From the NCBI RefSeq assembly GCF_028641065.1, contig NC_073388.1, positions 46,624,001-46,688,000 on the forward strand: 64,000 bases of DNA, given 5' to 3'. Origin of the DNA: Leucoraja erinacea. Its lineage: Eukaryota. Each line of letters starts with the position of its first letter. The first letter of the stretch is position 1. Below the pieces are notes generated by a model. That model did no database searches and was not told where the DNA came from. It saw only the letters and a program-made list of their open reading frames with translations. Below are positions 38,201 through 50,182 of the stretch, piece after piece. A program made the translations under genes and the position numbers.

Positions 38201-38741
38201 TGAGATCACTAGTGCACCGTGCACTTTTTCCACTTGAGAGCTGCTCTCACTAGAAAAAAAGGCAGTATAAAATGGTGCAATGGGTTCTTTATTGTCATGT
38301 GTCACAGGTACAGTGAAATCCAATTTTTGCATACCGCTCAGGAAGACTATCCCATGCATAAGCACGATCACTCCCGGCCAGTTCAGAATGTAAAGGACAG
38401 CCCACTGAGTCTGTATGAAGGAGGTGGAATTTTACAGTCCAAACTGCAGCCGCTGCCTTCATTTCGGATGTCTCATGAACCGTCGTCCCTCTCCACCCCG
38501 GCAATCTTCAGCCCTTCAACACAAAATCCAAGTTAGTGCAAGAGGTGGTCTGTGAGGATTAGAATTATGCAGGATTAGAATTATGCAAGACAACTGAAGA
38601 ACCTGATGGTTGTAGGAAATTAGCTGTTCCTGAACGTGGTGGTCTTGGATATCAGGCTTCTGTACATCTTGCCCGACCAAAATACACCACAGATATTTTT
38701 GCATGGTAAGCCCTCAATAACATGGGGAAAATCTGGACGTC

Positions 38742-39195
38742 TCAGATGTCAAACTGAGATTCTTCCATGCAACTGGAGAGACCATATTTTTGCACGGGTG
38801 TGAGGCATGGACTCTCACTCGAGCACTGTCCAAGTCTCTCGATGGTACCAACACCCGAATGCTCAGAAAGGTTCAAAATGTCAGTTGGAGGGACTACACC
38901 ACCAGCGCCCAGCTCTATGGGGAGAATCAACCTCTGACTGAGAAGGTCAGGTGGAGAAGGAAGAGGCTCGCTGGTCACTGCCACTGCCACCCAGAAATGA
39001 CAGCAAACAAGGTTGTGCCATGGGAACCACCCGTGGAAGACGTGACTCAGGACGGCCAATGCTGAAGACATTGATGGAAGACAAAATAGGAGTTTGCCAG
39101 CTGCATGGGGGACAGAGATGTGGTGCGTCCATCGGCGTGCCCGTGGAAACCAGCACCACTGCGTCGCTAATTTTTCAACAATGATGATTATGATA
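38742..39195 (+). mobile_element. RTE-clade LINE 3' fragment
   Basis: GCEAWTLT...LDGTNTRMLRKVQNVSW...RLAGHC...WEP; (TGA)-like tail. Confidence 0.75.
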
Positions 39196-40536
39196 TTTAT
39201 CAGTGCAATTCTTTCCCCAAAACACCAATGTCCATCATCTCCATATTATACATCATCCTGACTTGGGAAAATATCACTATTCGCACATTATCGGCGGATC
39301 AATATCCTGGAATTTCCTCATCAATATTTGGATATGGGTTATGTGCAAGTAGATAAGTGAAGTTCTTGGCATCATGTTTGGTACAGACATTGGGGGCTGA
39401 AGGGCCTGATCTTGTTCTATGTACTAACAATGCTGCAAGAGTAACTGTACTGGGACTGAAACATTCAGGGAAATAGCTACCCACAAATTCCTCAAGAAGA
39501 ATTAGCAATGGACGATAAATGCATTGCTGACAAGATGAACACATTCAAAGATTTAGACTTCAGAGATAGAGAGGAAACAGGCCCTTTGGCCCACCGAGTC
39601 CGCTCCGACCAGCGACTCCCATACACTAGCCTTATCCTGCACATTGGGGACAATTTTACCAAGCTATGTTTCACCTTCAATTTGCATCAAGAGTATATTT
39701 GTATGGAGGAGTTGGATTTTAGTAAAGGTCATTATTTTCTATTTTTTACTTGACTTTCTTCCTAATTTCCTGCACCAGGAACGGGTTTTAGTTTAGTTTA
39801 GATTATAAATACAATGCGGAAACAAGCCCTTCTGCCCTTCGGTACCGACTAACAATCCCCACACACTAATACTATCCTGCACACACTAGGGACAATTTAC
39901 AATGACAATTATACTGAGCCAATTAACCGGAGATTCCAGAGAAAATCCTGCGCAGGTCACAGGGAGAACATGCAAACTCTGTTCAGACAGCACCCAGTCA
40001 GGATTGAGCTTGGGCCCTTGGGCTGTAAGGCAGCAACTACCACTGCACCATTGTGCTGCCCGCCAATGGGGTTAAAGGGAATTCAAGTCATTTGATTAGG
40101 GAAAAGACTTAATACCCCAAGGAACAAACTACCCTGGACCAACATCTACACAAGTCCAATTCACTTCTGGAAATAAACAGATTATGCGTATAGAAGGCAG
40201 CTGGTTACAATAATCGCAGGTTAAATGAATGACTGATGAACTTGGGGCATTTCTAGCCATCATGATAGAGCCTAGCACACTTGCTTTAGTTCTCAATAAT
40301 GTTCACTTGAACCTGGCATATGAAGCAATGGGTTAACCAACCAAGATCGGCTGCCACACACCAATGAACATGAAAGATGTGCCAAGTACAATTAAAGATT
40401 GAAGATAGACACAAAAAGCAGGAGTAACTCAGCGGGACAGGCAGCGACTCTGGAAAGAAGGAATGGGTGACGTTTTGGGTCGAGACCCTTCTTCAGACTG
40501 AACTGAACTCTCGTCAGTGAGAGTACCTGTGATTGT

Positions 40537-40564
40537 CTGAAGAAGGGTCTCGACCCGAAACGTC
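40537..40564 (+). ncRNA. Minimal type I hammerhead ribozyme core in a Penelope pLTR
   Basis: CTGAAGA-A-GGGTC TC GACCC-GAAA-CGTC: conserved CUGANGA and GAAA boxes, stem II, GUC site. Confidence 0.7.
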
Positions 40565-41714
40565 ACCCATTGCTTCTCTCCAGAGTCGCTGCCTGTCCCC
40601 ACTGTTACTCCAGCTTTGTGTTTATCTTCAATTTCAGAGTTAAATAAAAAAAACACAGAGTGCTGGAGGAACTCAGTGGGTTAGGCAGCAGCTGTGGAGG
40701 GAATTGGGAGTTGTTTCGGGCCAGGGTTCTTCTTCAGTAGGAAGGAACTGCAGATGCAGTTGTCTTTGCAAAACGCCAAATGATTCCGGGAATGCCGGGG
40801 GGAGAGGGAGAGGGGGAGATACAGGGAGAGAAAGTGAGGGAGGGAGAGAGAGGGGACAGAGAGAGAGCGATCGAGAGAGAAAGAACGAGAGATAGAGAGA
40901 TTCCAGCCTCTTAACCCCAAGCACTGTGGTAGATCAACGCTTACAAAAATAATCCAGATCTTGAAATTTAAAATACTAATAGTTTTAATCTGCTATAATT
41001 TTTAGAGGTACAGTATGACTTTTTATATCCTTGTATTTTTTAAGCAGCAAGATCAAGTCATTTTCACCAGGTTATTACTTTTCCATTGGCGAGTGGAATA
41101 TTAATGAAACAGGAAGTCGGGCCGATCTCAGTTGTTCCCACCCGCTTGCAGCACCTCGGCCGGTACAGCGGTGACTCGTTGTTACGGTTATCTATGGTAG
41201 TTTGTTTTTTTTTTAAATCCGCATTTAACAATGCAAAATCGTATATCAGTATTCTTATCGCATTTCCGTACGAAACACGGAAAATCCGTACTACTTGGCA
41301 GCTCTGGTGATGGCTTGGCAACACATTTGGCTTCTATGGGTTTTGAGAAAGCAAGTGTGGAGGAACTATTTCTGCTGGCAAATAGCTGGCAACCAAGAGA
41401 TGACAGATTTTAAAATAAATGTCTTTGCATAGTGGAACTTTACACTAGTTGTGTGTGTGCACGTAGAAAATGTATCTGCATGTAGGACTAAACCACAGTA
41501 GAAACAGACTCCCTAGTCAGTTTAAGGAGGCATGCAATGGGATGAGGACTAATTTAAAAGGCTATACGTATAAAGATGGTACATGAAGAGGGCTTTCAAA
41601 GACCTGCTACAGGAATAAAAGTTCAAATGCTGTGTTCTTTGCTGCAAGATTGTATAATTATTACACCAGTTTAAAAAAAACATTAAACTGGTGACCTTTG
41701 GTTAAATTAAGACT

Positions 41715-43282
41715 GTACACACCTTGTCATGAGTATTTATTGATCGCAAGTGTTCAACACCATTGAAAAATACAAACATTGCACAAGAAACAAAAAGGAA
41801 ATAATACATTGCCTTGAGAATTAACAAAGTAAAAGTTTCAACTTTCTCTTGGGGTTCTTACAACTGCTCTGATCTTTGAATGTACAAACAGCTTTGCAAC
41901 ATTTGATCTGAAGAAAAGCAAACCAAAAATGTATTTTGTTGCAGATTTAGCATTGGTTTTTAGTTTTCACCAATTCCGCCGATCCTAAAGATGAGAACAT
42001 CGACAAGATGTTAAACTTGGAATGACGGAACTGGCAATATTGCAAATCAAGGATCAAGAAACAGGCTCCATATTTTCTTGCTTATTTTACCACACATGAT
42101 CCAAAACTATGTGCACTCTTAGTAAATGACCAACATGCTCACGAGATTAGTCACTGTACAGGTTTCTATTTCCGTTTTCTGTAAGCCATTCTGCTCCCCA
42201 AGAAAACAACTCAGCATCAACTGTTCTTCCATCGTATGGATCAGATTGCCATTCAACTGTTTAAAAAGCATGTGCACTCACACACCAACAAGTTTCTTCA
42301 TACAAAACAGACTCCTGGCTACCAAGTAACTGGCGCCCTCTATTGGCTACACAGGGAGCAATGTTATAGGGACTTCAAGGCACAAGGAAGGAAGGTGGGG
42401 GTGGGGGGGGAATTGAGCTAAGAGCAGACTTATCACTTCACACTCGTTCCTTAATGAATCACATTTCCAACTAGTGTCAGAAATGATCTTGTGTTCTTCA
42501 TGAAGTAAAACTCGAGTCAAATGCACTGGTGCAGCATAGCAATAGGAAAGAACAATTAGATTTTAAGCAAAAAACAAATCACCAGTCATCAAAGAAACAG
42601 TATTAGATCGAGAACTGAAGCAATACATCAGTCAGTTCAATGCAAACTGCAACTGATATGTTTTCCTGTTCTAGGCTTAGACACATTTAATGCTAAAAAT
42701 GCAGCACCTATGACAAGTATGAAAGAACAATTATTTGTTTTTACTCACTTGGGCCTTTTTATTGATCTTTCTACCACGGAATCCAAGACCACTAAGAATT
42801 TGGTCTCTCATGCTCTAACCTGCAATGCCGAACTAAATTTATATTAACATAGCCCAGGTAAGTTATTTGCATCTTCCAGTATAATTCTGCTATAGCTAAC
42901 AGAACACACCCTTTTGACTTGCCTCTTGCCTACCCTGAAGTAAATAATGGGTTATCATTGGTATCATTAGCTTGTGTCAAAGCAGTTGGCTAGTACATTT
43001 TCAGAGCTACTAGCATCTGTCTAGTAAGCACAACATTTAATTTACATCCCAGTTAATCTCCAACAGTTACAATCTTGCACGTCGATGCTCTGCCACAACC
43101 GCGATGATAAAATAAATCTTCATTCTTAACATTGGGAATTGACCAGCTTCAAACATTTTATCTGACAAGCAAACTGCACCATTCTCATTCTCCAAGCTCA
43201 TCACCAATAAGGACACTTTTGGACTTCCCCCACACGCTCGTCATACTGCGATTGCGCGATCACTGAACGAACAGCAGGCTTT
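41715..43282 (-). other. Probable UPF3B 3' UTR with poly(A) signals at 42763-42758 and 41741-41736
   Basis: Repeat-poor AT-rich stretch downstream of the stop; two minus-strand AATAAA. Confidence 0.55.
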
Positions 43283-43447
43283 TCATTCCTCGCTCTCCTT
43301 TTCGGCAATGTTTCCAGAAGCCTCGGATTCCTTCTTCTCCTCGCTGTCCTCGCCTGATTTCACGCTGCTATCGCTAGACTTTGGGAACGCCACCAGCCGG
43401 CTGCGGCTCCGTGCGCCCGGTTGGTACAGCTGCATCGTGGGCCTGTC
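43283..43447 (-). CDS. UPF3B: UPF3B exon 10 coding part (DRPTMQLYQPGARSRSRL...KESEE*)
   Basis: CAG| acceptor, TGA stop at 43285-43283. Confidence 0.95.
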   Translation of the reverse strand, partial: DRPTMQLYQPGARSRSRLVAFPKSSDSSVKSGEDSEEKKESEASGNIAEKESEE

Positions 43448-46400
43448 CTGCAGACAATATGAAAACACATTGACCACTTCCTTTTTTACAGCTGCTGTCT
43501 GACTTGAATGTTTTCACCATTATCCCCGATATGCACTAGGGATGTGGCCTGGACAAGGGTGGGACTACTTCCCCTGGAGTGAAAGAGGACAGGGGGTGTC
43601 CATAGAGATGTGTAAATCAAAAGAGGGAAAAGATAAAGGTGAATGGTCAGTCTTTACCCCCAGGTAAGTCTAAAACCAGAGGGACACAGAGTTCTGGAGT
43701 AACACCGCAAGTCACAGAACATGGATCAGTGATGTTTAGGGTCAGGCCTTTATTCAGGTCTAAACCAAAGAGTATAGATTTGGAGCAAGGGGAAAAACGA
43801 TTTAAAGGGTATCCGATGGTGGTGGACATATGGACCAAGCTGCTAGAGAAAGTTTTAGATAGAGGTACAATTACAATTTTTAAATGACATTTGGACAGGT
43901 GGGCATGGAAGGAATGGTTTTGAGGGATGTGGGACAAAAATAGTCAAAGGGCCAAGCTCAATAGAAAACTTAATCAGTATGGACAAGTAGAGCCAAAGGG
44001 CTTGTATCCACACATTATAACAGCATTGTAGATTTTTCTAAGAATTACTTGCAGTTAGTTTATAAATTGTTCACTATGTACATAATTTTTCAAAACAATA
44101 AACAATGTATTTTTCTTTAACATGGCTCCAAGTTATTTAAATTAATTCCCTCCAAAAATGCTGGTAGTGTATTAATAATTGGGAACAGCAACCGGACCCT
44201 CTGGGCCCAGACTAAATTTAAATGCATTACAGGGCAGCGGGAAGCTGGTTTGCCGAGTTAGTTAAATAGCAGCAATTTAATAATAACTGGATGGCTCAAG
44301 GTTAAAACCACACAATAATCCATTTAAAAATGCCATTAAATATATTAGAAAATCCATATATTCAATGTAAGTAGATTGTTAGCTATGATGGTTTTATATA
44401 ACGTTTTTTTTTTAAATTGTGTTTATTGATGGTTTAGTGCATTTAGAGATACAGCATGGAAACATGCAAAATCAATGAAATCTCAGAAGTTTAGAAATAA
44501 ATGAAGAACAAGAGGTTAATAAAATATAACCTAATAAGAACAAAGGAAAAGTTTAAATATGAGAATGTGATTAAATAGGAGGCAAGAAAAATGTTTACTT
44601 TCTTTAAAAGTGGAAAAACTACCAGGACCAGATAAAATGCATCCCTGGCTGTCAGATCTTTCCACCATTTCCCAGCTACAGTTATGATGCCAAAGGATGG
44701 TGTGGTAACTAAATTAAAAATGGGGTTAGGGTTGGAGAGTGGGATTGATCAAACTATTGGAGGCAAGGAATCAAACTATTGCGGCAAAATGATAAAATGA
44801 CATTTTGAAGGACAGTTCAAATAATTATTCAGAAAGACAGATCAACGGGTATCAATGTAGATTTGTCAAGGGATCGTCACAATTGACTAAATTGATGTAA
44901 CAAGGCTGACTGTTGAAGATTACACATTTAATCTTGTTTAATTAGATTTTAGCAAAGTACTTGTCCAAGTGTCACATTGCAAGCAGATCAGAAACGTAAA
45001 TATTCATGGGATCCAAGTAAAAAGAACAGCAAGTTAAATCCAAAACTATCTCAGAGGTATAAAGCAGAGTTGAATTAGTTGATGGTGTTTTAGTGAAAAC
45101 AAAACTATTTGCAGTGGCATTCTACAAGGTGCCAGGAATTCAGTCCGGTGAAGTGCTAATGAATACATTTGGTAGAGCAATCAAGACAAGGTACGATACC
45201 AAGAAACAGAAGGACCCAGGGGTACAAAGCAGGTGGATGAGGTGGCATATGGGATACTTTCCTTTATTTGTTTATATATGGAATATAACAGCAGGAAGGT
45301 CTTTCTGGGACTGTATGAAAAAATTAGTTGGCTGTAACGAGAGTAATACAAACAAGTACTGCCAGAAGGATGCTACATCAAGAGTCAAGAGTCAATTTAA
45401 TTGAGGCCGAGAGGCCGAGGATATTTATAAAGATGTTACAAGGGATGTTGAAGTTCAGCTTTGCCTATGCTACAGTTGATTTCTTTAGAATAAAAACCCC
45501 AATGAGATATAGTTGAAAAGTACAAAACTATGAAACTTACATAGGATGTGTCAAGAACCCATTTCCCTTGGTAGGGAAGTCTATAACTTGGAGTATAGTT
45601 CTAAAGTAATCAAGAAAAGGGTTGGAGGAAATAAAATTCAGAGTGATTGGGGTTGGAAGGCTGGCACAGTGGTGCAACGGTAGAGTTACTGCCTTATAAC
45701 GCCAGAGACCCGGCTTCCATCCTTACTACGGGTTCTGTCTGTAGTTTGTATGTTCTCCCAGTGGCAACGCAAGTTTTCTCCAGATGCTGCGGTTTCCTCC
45801 TACACTCCAAAGACATACACGCTTGTAGTTTAATTGGCCTCGGTAAATTATAAATTGTCCCTAGTGTGTAGGGTAAGGCTGGTGCAAGGGGTGATCGGTG
45901 GTCGGCACAGACTCAGTGGGCCGAGGGGCCTGTTTCCACACTGTATCTCTAAAGTCTAAAGGAAGGTGCTCCCTGACAAGGTGATAAGCGCCTGGATGAC
46001 CATTGGGGGTCTCATAACCAAAAGACACGCGGTATTAATCAACCGCCCTTTGTCAGGCAGCATGGACGTAGGGCAACAGCTTCCTTTTATGCCAGCAATT
46101 CACTTGTTCATAAATTTGCAATCTGTGTTTACAGTACAAGTAGTGTCTCTTTTGACTGTTTATAAGTGAAGCAATCGTGTACCTTATTTCTAATTCGTTC
46201 TTTTTTTAATGAACTTTCATCCTTCTTATCTTCTCTTCCCCTTTCCAATTTGTCGTAACTAGGTGCGATCTCCAAGCTTTCCTTTCTACGAGTTTTTTCA
46301 TTTGATTGATCTTTTTCCTTCTTAATCTCTTCGTCTTTTTTTCTGAAAGGCCTGTCAACCTCACACCGCTCCCTCGGCTTCCGTCGCTCTTCCTCTTGCC

Positions 46401-49400
46401 GTTTCTGCCGCTCTTTCTCCTTCAGCCTTCTTTCGCGCTCCCTTTCCTCTTTCTCCCGGTAATCTCTTCCACCATCGTCTTCAAATCTGTTAGGTCCACA
46501 CAAAGTTAAACTCATTTAAGGCTCCAGAACAGAAACGCCTAATTAGGAGGACATTTAGTTTGCTTCAACAAGGCAGCCAGCAAAGACCAACAAAACCTCT
46601 GGCCACACTCTCATTTCACCCCTGCCATCGGAAAGGTTTAGGAAACCATGACAGCCAGGTTCAAGAAAAGCCTCTTCCCAACTCTAAAAAGCACTACCTA
46701 AACTACAGTGTCTTCCATGATGTTTGGGACAAAGACCCACGGTTTATTTTTTTGCCTCTGTATTCCACAATTTGGGATTTGTAATAGAAAAAAAATCACA
46801 TGTTGATAGATTTTATTAATGGCCATTTTTATACATTTTGGTTTCACCATGTAGAAATTACAGCTGTGTTGGTACATAATCCCTCTATTTCAGGGCACCA
46901 TAATGTTTGGGCTTCACAGGAGTTTGTAATTGCTCCAGTGTTTAATAGCCTTATTGAAGGTATAAGAGAGCTCTCAGGACCTAGTCTTTCCATCAGCGTT
47001 GGAAACTTTTATTGCTGTTTATCAACACGAGGACCAAAGTTGTGCCAATGAAGCCATTATGAGTGAGAATTAAAAGACATCAGCCAAACCTTAGGCCTAA
47101 AATCAACTGCTTGGAACATAATTATGAAGAAAGAGAGCACTGGTGAGCTTACTGTTTAAGAAAGAACTGCAGATGCTGGAAAATTCAACGGTAGGCAAAA
47201 ATGCTGGAGAAATTCAGCGGGTGAGGTAGCATCTATGGAGCGAAGGTATAGGTGACGTTTCGGATCGAGACCCTTCTTCAGACTAATGTTGGGGAGGGGT
47301 GACGTCAGAAAAAATAAAGGAAGAGGCAGAGACAGTAGGCTGTGGGAGAGCTGGGAAGGGGAGGAGAAAGCAAGGACTACCTGAAATTGGAGAAGTCAAT
47401 GTTCATACCGCTGGGGTGTAAACTGCCCAAGCGAAGTATGATGTGTTGCTCCTCCAATTTGCAGTGGGCCTCACTCTGGCCATGGAGGAGGCCCAGTACT
47501 GAAAGATCTGATTTGGAATGTGAGGGGGAGTTGAAGTGCTGAGCCACTGGGAGATCAGGTTGGTTAGTGCAAATTGAGCAGAGGTGTTGGGCGAAGCGAT
47601 CCCCAAACCTACGTTTGGTATCACCGATGTAGAGCAGCTGACACCTAGAGCAGCACCTCATATTTCGCTTGGGCAGTTTACACCCCAGCAGTATGAACAT
47701 TGACTTCTCCAATTCCAGGTAGTCCTTGCTTTCTCCCTCCCCTTCTACTGTCACTGCCTCTTCCTTCCTTCCTCCCCCCCCTCCACATCAGCCTGGAGGG
47801 TTTCGACCCGAAACATCACCTATTCCTTCTCTCCGTAGATGCTGCCTCACCCGCTGAGTTTCTCCAGCATTTTTGTCTACCTGGTGAGCTTACTAATTGC
47901 AAAGGGACTGGCAGGCAAAGGAAGACATCCACAGCTGATGACAGAATTCTCTCCATAATAAAGAAAAATCCCCAACTGATCAGAAACTCTATTCAGGAAT
48001 CAGGCGTGGATTTGTCAATGACCACTGTCCGGAGAGGACTTCATGATCATAAATACCGAGGCTACACTGCAAGATGCAAACCACTGCAAAATAGGATGGC
48101 CAGGTTACAGTTTGCCAGTTAGAGCAACCACAGTTCTGGAAAAAGATGGACAGATGAGATGAAGATTAACTTATATCAGAGTGAAGGCAAGAGCAAAGTA
48201 TGGAGGAGAGAAGGAACTGCCCAAGATCCAAAGCATAGCACCTCATCTGCGAAACACGGTGGTGGGGGTGTTATGGCCTGGGCATGTATGGCCGCTGAAG
48301 GTACTGGCTCACTTATCTTCATTGATGATACAACTGCTGATAGTAATAGCATTATGAATTCTGAAGTGTATAGACACATCCAATCTGCTCAAGTTCAAAC
48401 AAATGCCTCAAAGCTCATTGGCTGGCGGTTCATTGACAATGATCCCAAACATACTGCTAAAGCAACAAATGAGTTTTTCAAAGCTAAAAAATAGTAAATT
48501 CTTGGGTGGCCAAGTCAATCACCCGATCTGAACCCAATTGAGCATGCCTTTTATATGCTGAAGAGAAAACTGAAGAGGACTAGCCCCCAAAACAAACATA
48601 AGCTAAAGTTGGCTGCAATACAGGCCTGGCAGAGCATCATCAGAGAAGTTCAAGCAGTCATTGCATGCAAAGGATATGCAACAAAATACTAAACATAACT
48701 ACTTTCATTTATGACATTGCTGTGCCCCAAACATTATGGTGCCCTGAAATGGGGGGGGAGAGAGACACTTGGTATAAACACAGCAGTAATTTCTTCATGG
48801 TGCAAATGTAAACCAAATGGCCTTTATTAAAATCTGACAATATGCACTTTAACCACATATATTTTGTCCTATTACAAATCTCAAATTGTGGTGTACAGAG
48901 GCAAATAAATAAATCATGGGTCGGTCCCAAACATTATGGAGGGCACTGTATCTTCTTCTTCTTGCGTATGGCGTGCACAGCCTAAAATTGTCGGACAACT
49001 TGTTCGATTTGCTCTTATTTGATTGTGCACGCCGGGTTGATTGCATTTGTCAAAACAGCGCGGATCACGTGAACGTTGCAATCTCCCACTCCCCAAGGGC
49101 ACTGTATGAACTATGGAAAGTCTATGGTTGCACTCAGGACTTCAGGCTTGTTTGTATTAGTATTAGGGTTATTCATTTATTGAATTTGTTTATTAGGTTA
49201 TGTATGAGTATTGTGTTTACAGGACTGTTATGATGCTGCAAATAAGGATTTTGTTGTTCCAATTTCAGGACAATTAAACACTCTTGATTCTTGTCTCGAC
49301 TTGTGATGCAAAGTGGAGGTGGCCGATAAAGATGTACTTTGTTATCAGTTTTCTGTTGCCCTGCAAGGATGGTATACAGCCTCAGCAAAGATTTTAACAA

Positions 49401-50142
49401 CAGAGTTCCATGCCAGAAAATCAGTGCATCTGAAAGGCCACCACTCATTGTACATGTCTAAACAATCTAGAACCAGGGGACTGAGTCAACTGCAATACTA
49501 TCGGCTAGAGACAAAGGCCAGATCAGGTAGAAACAAATTACCTTTTAGCAAATGATAGTAAAGAACCAGATGGGTTTTGACAAATTGGGTAACTTGGTTA
49601 CTGACCACAGTTTTGTATTGGAATTTTGGAATTCTGATTAAACAACATGTAAATTCTGCCAGATTTCTTGGTTGCTAATTATTTTACCTGCCCGTCCCAA
49701 ACTGATCTTCGTCTTTAGCCGCCTCCATTACCAGAATGATGTCACCCACAAGCTGGAGGGACAGCACCTCATATTCCGCTTGGGAAGCTTACAACCCAAT
49801 GGTATGAACACAACATTCTTTAACCATGTAATAAACACCCCTCTTTCTTTCCCATGCCCATCACTTCTCTCCCATCTCCCCTCGTCATTCCACCTCCTTC
49901 CCTTCCTTCATACACTCCCCTCCCCAAGTCCCTAATTCCACCACCCCCCCCCCTCCCAATCCCATTCCACCCACATCCCTCCCTTGGCTTTACATGCCAC
50001 TCTTCTTATCTGGCACCCATTTGCCTTCTTTTCAGCTCCAGCCTTTGTCACTTACGCCACCCGTTTCACTAAACCCCTTCATCTGTATCCTCCTATCACT
50101 TGCTGGGCTTTGTCCTGCCTCCAGCTCTCTTTTCCAGCTTTC

Positions 50143-50182
<40 letters not shown>

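Larger units (their letters stand above)
46706..48948 (+). mobile_element. Degenerate Tc1 (DD34E) transposon with long IR/DR-type TIRs, in UPF3B intron 8
   Basis: TA-CAGTG termini; ~200-bp TIRs with internal CCATAATGTTTGGG repeats; transposase KINLYQSEGKSKVWRR...KHGGGGVMAWACM...DNDPKHTAK...WPSQSPDLNPIEH. Confidence 0.92.
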
